Below are positions 1-11,789 of a stretch of 64,000 nt of DNA, one piece after another (the stretch's first letter is position 1; each line of letters opens with the position of its first letter). The DNA lies in contig JAYWIR010000034.1 in the NCBI GenBank assembly GCA_036172245.1, positions 62,001 to 126,000 of the forward strand, given 5' to 3'. The position numbers were made by a program, and so were the translations under genes. Origin of the DNA: Raillietiella orientalis. Lineage: Eukaryota. The notes under the pieces are model-generated. The model saw nothing but the letters and a program-made list of their open reading frames with translations. It searched no databases and was not told where the DNA came from.

Positions 1-1085
1 CCTTTCAACTATTCCCAAGATGGAAATAACAAGCGTCTTTGACGACGTGAGGCAGAGTCTGAACACGCACGAAGAGGCGCGTGAAGTCCTTATCCTGATA
101 CGTTTATCACCCGGATATGCCGGGGCATTTATTATTCTGATTTTTTACAAAATTAGATAATAAAGTCAATATCAATATTGTTTTTCATGGAGGAACACTT
201 GGTTCTCCCACGCTGGAGGACTTGTCGTGAGCCGGTGCTGAGACCAGCGAGGTCCTCTCTCTAGGCGCATGGGAAGGGGAAACTGAAACAAAAAGAAACA
301 AAAAGAGAAATAACGGGGAAGGGAATAGTTATATGGGGGAGTGGAGGGCAGGGAGGGGATCACTGGGCGCCTGGATCGGTCCTCTGCATCCTATCCAGGA
401 TGCTGACAAGTTCTGCTTTGATGCTGGGTGGTAGACGCCACCTTGTCGCCGTCTCCTGAGACGTGGCGCGTGAAAGAAGTCCTTATCCTGAGAACGTGAG
501 GGACGAGAGGGGAGAAGTAGAGCAAGTGAATCCCCTGAAAAAATGGCTGAGTATAGCAGGGGGATTCCACTATAGGTTTCGCAGAGAGGATGCGGGCACT
601 ACTGCGGAACCATTCGGCTGCAGAAAGCTTCCGGAAAAAGGCTGTTCGGGGAAGGAGAGGCAGATGAGCCTTCTGCTAACAACCCTCCCTCGTCGCGTCG
701 TCAAGGAAAGGTGCGCTCTCGTTCCAGGCTTTCTGTGGCGTTGCTTTGCTGCAAAGGAGCGAGAAGGAACGACTGCGAGGGGGCAGAGCGCTAGCGGAGC
801 GGCGGCGCTCCTCTATCACCACCTCTCGTGTCTCCGTTGAGACAGCGGGCTGCAGAAGATCCTCTAGTCCTTGAAGACCCACATCTACGGCGCTCAGGGT
901 ACCGTTCGCGGGAAGCTGGTAGCATGAAGATCACCGGAGGAAGAATTCCGAAGTTGGCTCCAGAGGTCTGCTGCGGCGGAGCCTACGTCCGACAACGTCT
1001 CTCAAACACACGCACTGCTCTCCGTGTAAGTGGTTTGTTGCTACGGCCCTGAGTTCTGTGGAGCACAGGAAACTGCACGCGACCG
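1..1085 (-). mobile_element. GC-rich repeat fragment, homologous to ~63200-63560; probably part of a LINE
   Basis: GC/CpG-rich island; ccagaggtctgctgcggcggagcc (~960-983) matches ccagaggtcagctgcggcggagcc (~63492-63515) with weaker flanking similarity; interrupted by the 104-464 insertion. Confidence 0.5.
104..464 (-). mobile_element. 5'-truncated L1/Tx1-like LINE 3' tail with ~28-33 bp TSD
   Basis: Ends in the family terminal motif (rc AATAAATGCCCCGGCATATCCGGGTGATAA, 104-133); flanked by direct repeats ggcgcgtgaagtccttatcctgatacgt (76-103) and ggcgcgtgaaagaagtccttatcctgagaacgt (465-497); GATGCAGAGGA..GTGATCCCCTCC block shared with the 6.2 kb and 35.2 kb copies. Confidence 0.8.
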
Positions 1086-1225
1086 ATGAATCTGCTCATA
1101 GCAAAGAAAAATAGAAGCGGATTATAAATACATCATATCTGGTACTGCTTAAGATTTTCTTGTTTTAGTGGTCACTGTGTTGAGATAGAGCGATAGTGCT
1201 TTGTTTATTTACCCAAATTACTCGA

Positions 1226-1285
1226 CAGAGAGGCATCCACCATACATGCCATTAGCTAATGGCATGTATGGTGGATGCCTCTCTG
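1226..1285. repeat. Perfect 60-bp palindrome with no spacer
   Basis: cagagaggcatccaccatacatgccattag|ctaatggcatgtatggtggatgcctctctg; the arms are exact reverse complements. Confidence 0.95.
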
Positions 1286-1289
1286 GAAC

Positions 1290-2760
1290 GGAATGACAAA
1301 GACGCACTGCAAGCTGGAAGTCACATAGTGTTCAGAGTGGGAGGTAACTTGGACACAGCCAGATGTTTGACAAGTAACTACTGCAAGTCCATTCGATAGA
1401 ACAGCAGCAGTTTGGGAAGAAATTTTGGGGGAGGAGGGTCATGAAAAAATGTTTGTGAACTCAGCTGACGGTTGAAATAGCTCAGATAAAGTCAAAAATC
1501 GAAAAGGCCAGTCTTGTGGATCCATGAACTTCTGCTACTCATGTTCAGACTATTAAACTGGCAGTAGGCAGCCAGCTTAGGGCAGATGACGTATTGGATG
1601 AAGCAGCTGATTAGTGGTCCTCATTGGACTTGAAATTAGCTTTAAGCTGCATGTCTAGGAATTGGCCTGCTGCTGGACCCCATGCAACTCTTTTGGCTGT
1701 ATTCAGTGATGATACTGGTCAAGGATCCAGGGTCTCTCTTTCTAAGTCCAGTGATCCGGTTGGGGAGTCAGATATCAAAGATTGAGTCATTGGCTTCAGA
1801 AACCCAGTCAGTACATGATTTGGTATTTGCTTTAGATGCTTAGCGTTCCTATCAGTCCCTCGCTATTACACCTAGAAATCTCTGCATTTTTGCTCCGAAG
1901 CCTTTGCAGAGCATTGGAGCTCTGTTTGTTCAAGTCCCATTCCACTTGCAAGTTTACCTCGCATCTCGTTTAGAGGAATGCGTATCACAAGTGTGGGTAG
2001 CAAGTTGGAATATTAGTGGTACTGTGCTTTTCTCTGCTAGTGACGATGGAGGCATTTGTCTTTGCAAAGATAACGAAGATTAGATTTGTATCACTCGTGA
2101 AAAATTCAGGAAGTTTCTTAAGACGTGATGTGGTATTGCCAAATTGAAAGGAGTATGTGGAATAGGAACAAACGATCCTGCGGAGACCCTTTTTCTTTTG
2201 ATTAACTGGATCAATACTCACTATAACACTACTATGAGCCATCCCTCGCTTAATCCATACAGCTTAGATTAGTAAGATGTATTATGTACGGCCTTTCATG
2301 TTCACATTAACCAGTGCTTGTTTACGATAGTCTTGTTGCCATTTGAATCGAAACATGGCTAACACAGTTCCGGATAGGGAATCAAATTTCCTCTGGCTCA
2401 TGAACACAATAGGGAACTGGCTTCTCCTCTTTATTAACTGATACTGGAAACGAGCTTTCTATGAAATGGTATGTGCTTTCCACTGTTCTATGTTGTCCGC
2501 TTATAACAGTTCGTGTGCTTTGGCAGCACTGTTGGCATGTCAGCAGAGTCACTCTCGCCCGTCCATGTCAGAATGCTTCTGTTCACTGTGTTCGATGCAA
2601 ACGGAAAACATTTGTACTGAGGAATCTTGATTTCTGCCTTCATACACAAATTTTTTTTTTTTAATCTCAAAACCGATGCCTTGAATCCCTGTGCCCTCTC
2701 TAATAAAGAGTAAAGGCAAATCGTCTACTTCATTCCGTTCCCCTCTCTTTTGCTGACGCA
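1290..2760 (-). pseudogene. Highly decayed LINE ORF1-like (gag/CCHC) relic
   Basis: Fragments such as KKLPEFFTSDTNLIFVIF followed by Q-M-P and decayed Cys/His spacing resemble the Tx1/L1 ORF1 'IP..+.+.Y.GQP..C..C...H' region; many stops. Confidence 0.25.
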
Positions 2761-3795
2761 TCTCCTTTCTGTATCAAGCATTTTTTCGTTTTTCTGCTGT
2801 GTCGAACGTGGTTTTGAATGAAAACAATTTCTGGTGAAGATTTAATGTTTCATCATCAACAAAGAATCTCTTGTTTTTAGCTTACAAGTTTTTCAGCAAT
2901 ATAATCATGTCATGATAGTTGAGGAACAAAAAATAAGAAACCGACTTACCGAAAGTATGTCCAATAACCTCGATATAGTGAATGATAAAAAGCTCTGATG
3001 ACCCTACTATAGTCAAGAGTGCTTTTCAGGTGCATACATGTATCCCAAAACACACTAAGGTCAAGCTATATTTTAGATAGTCAGTGTATACAAAATACAT
3101 ATAAAACATCCTGGAGTATCAAGTACTTTTTTATCTCAACATACATCAGTTCCCTTCCACAGATATCTAAGTGAAAAGAAATGAAACATACAAATGTCCA
3201 CTACTATCCAGTACTGTTTGAGTATCCAATTCTTCCTGAGTATTTGAATATTTCACACTCCTATCCTCTTTTAAGTATTTGAGTAGCCACGAGTGACACA
3301 CTATTTGAGTTGTCAACATCAAGTATCACCAGCAAATTCTGTAGAAATATCAATGATCATCATTTTTTATTTTGTACAGAGATATGATTACTGTTTGAAA
3401 ATTACAAATGCAAGCAAACAGAAAATATAACCTAGTGCATGCACTTGCTGTGCAAGTTTCAGAATGGCACAATTACTTACTATTAAACATAAATTAGAAA
3501 GTTGGCATTTCACACAACATGTGAGAATGCAACAATATGTAATAAATATCAGTGAATATTTGTCATATATGCATATCTTTAGGTCTAAATTTCTAAAATC
3601 TATGTCTGGTCATAATCTATAAGGTTTTCTTAAACTTCAACCACCCTTTCAGAACATCCCACAAAATTTACAAAACTATATAATCATCACCAGATTATAC
3701 AATATAAAACTATATAATAATCATGTTACTGTTATAACACACAATACAGAATAGTTTCTTCTAACTTATGGAAATGATTTGTGGCATCCAATGAT

Positions 3796-4218
3796 TTACT
3801 TCCAGACCAATCCTTGTGACTTCAAATCTTCTCTTGCCAACTCTGTGAGCTGCAATAAAATAAGTATTTCAAATATGCAAATGACTTACTGTTAGCAATT
3901 CAGATGCAATTTCTGTGCTATCCTTCAACTGAAAGACCCGCCAAAGTAAAACACATATGAAAGATACCTGGAATAAGAAAATGTAATCAATTTCAATCAA
4001 TTCAAAATCAATAAATTTACAATTATAGTTTGATCTTGCAGTGAAAACATTTATAAAAAACTTACTCCACAAAAGAATATAATGTAAATTGGCAAGGGAA
4101 TGACAATTGTATCAAAATAAAATGTTGTTAGTGGGATCCATGATTTCCCAATTATGCATGTAATCCAAATACCAAATGCAGGAATGAGAAAAGTAATCCA
4201 CTCTACCATTTGTGACAT
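3796..4218 (-). CDS. DPM3: Dolichol-phosphate mannosyltransferase subunit 3 (94 aa, 3 coding exons)
   Basis: Exons 4218-4066, 3967-3890, 3849-3796 (GT-AG introns of 98 and 40 nt) give MSQMVEWITFLIPAFGIWITCIIGKSWIPLTTFYFDTIVIPLPIYIIFFCG|VSFICVLLWRVFQLKDSTEIASELLT|LTELAREDLKSQGLVWK*: two TM segments, PLP.Y, RV..D..A.EL..AR.DL..G, the DPM3 pattern and size. Confidence 0.85.
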
Positions 4219-6058
4219 GACTGTACTAGAACAGAGGAATGACTTCTGTTAATACGTGGCTTGTAATTGTTTCTGGAGCAATTACCTTACTAAGAGAGCT
4301 AGCACAATTAGTTGCAGAAACACCTATCCTTTCTGTCATTGCTTAAGTGCAACATGCTTTGCACATAATGCATGTGCAATGCATGCTTATACTGTTTACT
4401 CAAAATATAAATCTAATTTAGATAAATTTCAAAATATTTTTAAACATAAAAAGTGCATTTACGAAATACATTTTCTAAGAACTCATGAAAAATCTGATTC
4501 ACAGTAAAGAAGCTCAATTTGTAACTCACAGTTTTACCCATACGCTTTCTGCCTACTTTTTAATGAAACACAGGTCATTATAAATTACGTGAATTTTAAT
4601 GAAAGTCAAGATAACTACATTGAAGAACCATAGCAACCAAAAAAAATCTTTTTGAACTACCGTTTCGATTGAAGATAATGTAAACTGGTGAACCCTTTTA
4701 TGCTGGTCCATACTTCAGTGTGGGCCAGCAGAAAAGGATTTTGAGTTTCGAAACACTAATTTAGAAAGATAAAACACGATTAGGTTGAACTACATCACAC
4801 TAGTGAAAAAATAAATAAACAGCAGCATTATGCAAACAAGGACAAAAATAGGTGCTATGAGAAATGCATACATGCAAAGAAAACATGCAAGTGCCAAATC
4901 ACAGAAATAATCAACAATAATGAAACAATCAGCGGAATAATTTCCCAAGTATGCAATTGATTATTACAAAATCACTGTGCGATTTGAAACTGTAATGAAT
5001 TTGGCTTTTAATAGAGACAATGCTGTCTGAGACTAACCTGTATCCCTAATAAGATCTTTTTTTATTATTCACTTGATACTCGAAGCATTTAATGTTACGT
5101 AACAGCTCTCATGTAAGATCTGTAAGTGAATGACGCTTTTAAAAATAAATTCAGTAATTTACAAAAAATTTTTTGTAAATTACTGAAAAAATACGGTGGA
5201 AAACATACCGGTCAACACGCATTGACCGAACCTGTTGGGATGGTTGGTACACATACCACAATAAGCCAATAAGGAGAACTATTGTCCCATTAATGCAATG
5301 ATGATTTCTTAATGGTATAAAAATTTTCTTTAGCAAAACTTTTCTTCACACATCATTTTTTATTTTTGTGTGAACAATACACTGTAGACCACGGGTGCTT
5401 TTCGCTCATTAAAAGGTCATCATATACAAATATTGTAAGATCTCTTAGTAAATGATTTACTAATCACCTTTCAAGTAAAAGAAATAATTACTTTACATAC
5501 TTTTCACGGAAGGTCGTAAATACGATGATAGGAAAACCCTGCTAGAAAAATGCTCAATAAAAAATAAGTAAAAAAATACGTTTCGAGAGTTTCTTTTCTT
5601 TAATTCTTCTTCAATGGGTACTGTAATAACACACAAACAAAAATGTCTTTTCCTAACATTTCTGCATATTCTATGGTTTGTAAATACTATTTTTGAGATT
5701 TTTAGACTGTGTGAAACTTTAGGGGTGAGAGAATCCCTTTTGAAAATACAAGATAAAGAAAAGTGAGAAGAAAACCATAGTTCTGGAGAAGCATAATCCT
5801 AAAAAGTAGTCAAAAATAACTACATTTCATACATATATCAACAAAAAATGGAGAATATTGTAAAAATCCAAATGGTAAGGACACCTCTGACTACATATTA
5901 AGTAAAAATAACCTCACGATTTTCGAATTCAAAAGTAATAAAACTAATAAAAGGTCCTAAATACAATCGGAGCTAATTTACTTCACAATTTTGAAATGTT
6001 TAGAGAAATGGAGAGGAGCATCCTATAGATGAAGAAAAATTAACAAAAAAAGAATAGG

Positions 6059-6625
6059 TTTTCACTCGGGTGCGCTGGGGCGTTAGTTTAAAAAAAAATA
6101 GACACAGGAGTCCGTGGGACGTAACGTCCCACCGACACCGACATTCCAAGGGGGAGATAGGTCCACAACGATCACAGAGGGGAATGGGGAAATAGGAAAA
6201 AACAGCAAAGTAAAATAAAAAGGACAGTCTGTGAAAATGGGGGAGGGAGGAAGGAAGGAATCACATCCTGCGCTGTTGAGTCCTCTGCATCCTTTGCTGG
6301 ATGCCAGCGAGCTCTCTGTATTCCTGTCCAGATGGATCCACATCGAAGAGATCCACAGGAACCAGCAGGATAGGGAACACAATGGCTCTCCTGTCGTGCC
6401 TTCCTCTCTTGGCGTTGTTCCTGGAGGCGAAGGCACCGCATAGACAGCGCAGCACTGCGACTGCTGCAGCTGGCGACCAGTCACTCCTCACAAAGAGGTT
6501 CCACATTATGTCCGTGTGGTTGACCACCGGGATAAGGAGGGACCCTGAGAAACGTTTCCCGAGTCTGGAGGGCAATATACTTCACTAACAGGAGGGGAAG
6601 GTCTCTTTTTCCCGCACCTGGAACA
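6059..6625 (-). mobile_element. 5'-truncated L1/Tx1-like LINE 3' fragment
   Basis: Terminal motif rc AACTAACGCCCCAGCGCACCCGAGTGAAAA (6059-6088), shared GATGCAGAGGA..GTGATTCCTTCC block, CSRCG zinc-finger remnant at the 5' end; GC-rich island in AT-rich flanks. Confidence 0.7.
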
Positions 6626-6949
6626 GGTAAAAGAAAAAAGTAAAAGAGAGTAAATGATATTTTTTAAATGACTGTCTAAAGTTTATTCTTATTCTTATCG
6701 ATCACAATTATCGAGTCTTTGGTTCGGATCTTTTGCTTTCCATTGTATGATATTCTCATTCGCTTTGAAAATAGTTGTGAGACAGATTTTGAAAATTTTA
6801 AACTGATACCTTATTTCTGTTATATATATATATATCCTGCATTCTACGAAGAAGTAAATCTGTGATTAAAAATATTACACAGTAGTTCACGCTCTGAAAA
6901 TGGTAACATATATTAGAAACCTTAACAATATAACTTTTGCAGGCATACT

Positions 6950-8900
6950 TTCTTTAAGATCAGATGCCAGAATTTCTGATTAGTAAGTTCGTAGTAACTA
7001 AAAGTTCGTAAAAGATGTCATTTTCTTTGAATGTTTCCATTAGATGTCCTATTTGAATTATCCAGTTCTCAATACTATTCTTATTATACATGCTCAAGTG
7101 CTGCATCATGGCATGCAACACACAACTCATTGGCTCACATGCATTGGTTTTTACGACCAATTCTTTCTTCGAGTTGGCTACAAGCACTGAACGAGTACCC
7201 TCTTCAGTCATGCACACATTGTAATCACAATACATCCACATTTCGGAAACAAGTAAATAGCTGAGTTAGTTTTCAATGCTATAAAGAACCTATAGCTGCA
7301 TACTGTGTGGTTCAATCGGGTATGAACATGAAAACAAGAGTATTCAGCGGTTCCGACAGTATGTAGTCCGCTGATGAGGAACCTCCTATAGCTGCAAATC
7401 AAATTTTAAAGATGGTACAAACAGTAGTGAGTAAAAGAAATGCAAAAGTGTGCAGAAAGCGACTAACGCTGAATTTAAAAAAAAAAATTGGATGTTTTTC
7501 TGAAAATGAAGCAGATCTAAAAGGACCATTCAGAAGTTAGGTTTGCCATTCGTATTTGAAAGAAAAGTAGAAAGCGATAGAACCAGTGAACTCGAATCTT
7601 TTATTTACTACAGTGTACTAGATCGATCCCCTGTACCATGGTAACAAGGGAGATAAATAAATTACGTTTGTTTACAATGGAGCTTCGGCATACACGAAAC
7701 TTTGAGGCAAGCGCAGACTATAGGGAGATGCACAGTGTTCCCTTGGTTGCAAATTATTCTTACTGACGGTTTCTACTTGATTGTCGGCTAATGACAATTC
7801 CTGATTATTCCAATATTACCTTCTTTGGCTGCTTCGCTCAACGTATTGACTCTTGAGAACTATTTGGACTGGTGATTTAACATAGTAATGTGTAGTAAAT
7901 ATAAGGTTTTCGTTAACAGAAGGAGGATACAGCAGAACACTACATTTCATCATTCGCATGTGCTACAAAAAATCTCCACTGTAATCTATTTTCAATTGTA
8001 GATAAATGCGACATGTATCTTGACGCTTTTCGTCTGCCAGTTTTCCTCTTGATAAGAAGACATTTGGATGCAAGTTTTTTTGTAGCTCCATGGCAGTCAG
8101 CTACCTGAAAATGATTTTTCAGAGTATGCATTCCGGTAGATTTGAATCACTTGTATATAGAACCTGTCTTTGGGGTTACCAGCGGTCGTTACACGTGTTC
8201 TCAGGGAAGAATAGTCAGTCTACATTCAGATCTTAGATAAAAGTAGCTCTATGTTACGCTATATGTAGAGGACGTGCATCCTATTTCCTTTTCAAAAAGT
8301 GCAAAGGAAGAAAATATAATAATTCTATTTTTTAATTACCTTAATAAAGTGTTTTATTCTATGTTCTCCTGGTATATATACTTTCAGAGGAAATGACAGG
8401 AAACTAAAGTTTATTATCGCGATAATTTAGGATGATCAGGTGTCAAGTATGATGAGAACAGATGGTTACTTTTACACCCGGATTGCATGCAGAAGTAGTT
8501 TGTATGCTCAGTTGTCTCGTTAGGGAAGTAAACCAAACGAGAGGATTTGCCGGCCATATAAGAAACACTGCAGAGATATCACTACTAATAGAGTGAATTA
8601 ATTTCTTAAACCCCTTTTGGAGACTCTTGGAAAGTCTGGTTGCTACGATAAAGGGTTAGGTTAAAACTAAGTTTTGTTTTGCCGAATTTTTTGAGTCGTT
8701 CTTCCAAAACATTTTCTCGTATGTTGGGTGAAGGCTCAATGAGTATGCAAATCGTTTCATTTTCCTTCTCATATTGGGAATTTCTTTTAACTTCCTTTTC
8801 GCATACTTCTCTTCTGTGTATGCATGAACCATCCATTGACCTATCAACAACGTAACTGAAGACAAGAGAATTTATGGAGAAATGCATTTACAAACAAATT
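6950..8900 (-). pseudogene. Decayed AT-rich L1-like ORF1/endonuclease relics
   Basis: ICILIEPSPNIRENVLEERLKKFG (ORF1-like); PNVFL.QE, GDFF and YCDYNVCM (APE GDFN-like) fragments; disrupted. Confidence 0.3.
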
Positions 8901-9982
8901 TGAATATTATGTGTTCCAAGTGCATGAAGAGATAAAAATAGAGTATTGTGGTCTTATGTTTGTGACAGAATCCTTCAATGCAAGTTTCTGTAAACCTAGA
9001 GACTAAGATTTTGTGAAGGAGGACACTTAGAAGACTCTTGGAATGAATTCCAGTGCTTTCTTAAAACGATAGATAGAAAGCAACCATAGGAAATCATTAA
9101 GTAGCAATTAGCGACAGGATCTGACTAAAAAAATAAAAAGCTTTTTTAATTTGGTAAATGAGGCAATCACTTCTGAAGCTTTTAAATCGTTTAAATATCC
9201 CTTGGATAACGTTGAATTTCAAAAAAAGAGAGATTTCTATGGTGGAGCCTTTTGCTCAGAAGTATAAGGAATCCGTAAGAGAAGGAAACTGTCTGATCTT
9301 GACTAGATTCGCTCTTAGTGAAACAACAAAAAGTTACCCCCTGCATGTTCATTTATCCATCATTGCTGAGATTGCAAAAGTAAAGTCATTCCATAATTAA
9401 ATAATTTGCATTACTTTGAATTATGTCTATGAATTATTCATCATGTTTCTCCACCACGTTGCATTCGCCATTTACTATGGCAAATAAATGATGGAATGCC
9501 CAACATTTCGTTTTCATGTTTATGATTGTCTTTCAATATGATAATCTTTAATAATCATATGATTAAACTTTACTATACTTGACAACTAGTCTTGGCAACT
9601 ACTAGTTTTCTAAAAAGGTTTCATAATTGCAAGTTATACATCTATTATCATGAAAACTTCGGGTAGAAGCTTTATGATTCCTTCCACAAAAGCAGGGATT
9701 ATTTATGATGTTTCATATCCAAACAGATCTTCATGGTTGAAGATTCTCTATTCCAGAAAAGGGTTTTGCAGATCATCTTGAAGACCATCTTGTAGATCAT
9801 ATCAAACCTACTGCAGTCTCCCCTTCTGATGGCACTTCTGTCTGGTGGCAGATCCACCAGACAGAAGCTGCCTAATTAGGACTGCATTTAAAATCAAGTC
9901 ATTAAGAGAATGAAAATCGATGACAGAGTAAACTCTTCGCTCTGCGATTTGTCATGAACGAAAATCGAGCTAGGAAAACTCC

Positions 9983-10091
9983 TGAAAAGCACACATATCT
10001 TGAAATAACGATTGATGCAGAGATTCAGATATTCATGAAAAGCACACATATCTTGAAATAACGATTGATGCAGAGATTCAGATATTCATGA
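9983..10091. repeat. Exact tandem duplication, 53-bp unit x2
   Basis: tgaaaagcacacatatcttgaaataacgattgatgcagagattcagatattca at 9983 and 10036, followed by tga microhomology. Confidence 0.95.
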
Positions 10092-11149
10092 TTAGCCTCA
10101 TCTCCCTGGCCATTTTTGAAAACTTCTACTAACCTATGCTTGACTTTTGTGGGATTTTCAAGTTAATTGATGCCGAAAGGTCAACATGCTTCATGTAGTC
10201 ATCTACCAGAGAAGCATCAAAGGTGAGAATGTACGAACACATAATTGCAACCGATTCAACAAATGTCATTAAAAAACCATAGTCTGGAACGCGATATTTT
10301 ATTGGTGGTCGAAATATGATACCGTGTACACTATGCAAATAAAGCTGGCGTACTTATATCAAAGAATAAATTGGCTATAATAATTAGAAAATTCCCAATG
10401 TCATTCTCAAGCTCATCTTGTTATCATGACATATCACCTGTACAGAATGGAATTCTAATAGGGCATAGATGCAGTTATCTCGTGCTGAGAAGGTTGTTGA
10501 CAAATGAAGTCCAACCCCAGATCACTTTCATATTAAAATCTTCAAACCGTGCTTTGAAAAACAGGAAACTGTGCAATGAAGGGAACCACGGCATACAGAC
10601 GACATGTAATCTGTTTCAACTGCGTTTCGGATCCAATATTGTGAAAAAGCACCCAATTTAGGGATCGGTAAAGTACCAACAAGGACCAATCATGAAAACT
10701 GAAATGAACAGTCAAACGAGAATATCATCACTGAAAATTCATTTAGATATATATGTATATAGAATTATACAGAACGAATTGATTTCAGAAAGAATTTTAT
10801 TGTGTAGGGACTTTATTATGTATCATTGCTAGAAGAAATCCATTTTATAAAATACTGTTTGTCTATATTCTAGAGACAGTTCATAAACACCAGATGTCAA
10901 TCCAGCTCAGATTGCTTTGAATACCTAATTTATATTCGAAAATCTTGCATTTCTACTTTAGAGCCATCCAGACTATATATTCAGATTTCTTTTGGATTTA
11001 GATTTTCTTTTAGCTGCGTTGAAGATACACGGTACACAAGGACATATTCTTCAGTAGCTTGCAAAGATAACTCAGCAGCTTACAGTTCCCGTTTTTCCCT
11101 GAATCCTCTGAATAGGAATACCTATTGGATCACAGACCGTTAAAGCTGG

Positions 11150-11780
11150 AATGTTTTGTTTTCCAATATCCTTACTTGTGAGATTAAACATTTACCTCTG
11201 AATAAAAGAGGTCAAAACCGATATACTGGAAAAAATGAACAATCTGAACTTGGGAAAACAACATTTTCAACGGAAAAATTTAGAGATATATGGGAAAAAT
11301 TCATGAAAAGCAAAATGGCTGAAGTCAAACAAAAATTACTCAGCACTTTGACAGCAATTATTCGTGCAATAAGAAAACAGCAGACTCTAACAGATTGTCC
11401 ACAGTCCGACTGAGATGGGGTACCTTATTCAAACTCTACAAATTCAAGCAATACATAATTACATGTCAACACAAAGAAACACTGTCGTCTGAAGTCCGCT
11501 TAACAGGTTTTACACTTTTCATAGGAGGTTCATTCCATTCTGGGGGATATGATTTCTCTTGGATCCTTTGCATGTTAAGAGTCAGTTCTGTATCTCTTCT
11601 GCAGCTGCAGTTATCCCCTATTTCGTCAACGGTCCCATGAGGATTTCCACGGCTGCTATGGCTTTTCCTTATCGGCTATTCAGCCTCCTTTTCACGATCC
11701 TTAAGATGAAAGAGATGGTTATCCGCACCGAGGAGTTACGTAATGGACTTATTCCTTCCAAAAATCTACTCAGGATCTCT
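11150..11780 (+). pseudogene. Decayed L1-like RT fragment
   Basis: DIWEKF linker, KS..GFT.F.RRF (KSPG.DGF..EFY-like) and LFSLLF (PLSPLLF-like) remnants. Confidence 0.3.
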
Positions 11781-11789
11781 GTTCTACTA

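Noticed and set aside
9983..10091. Direct repeats as a CRISPR-like array
   Set aside because: Two abutting identical units with no spacers, in a eukaryotic context.
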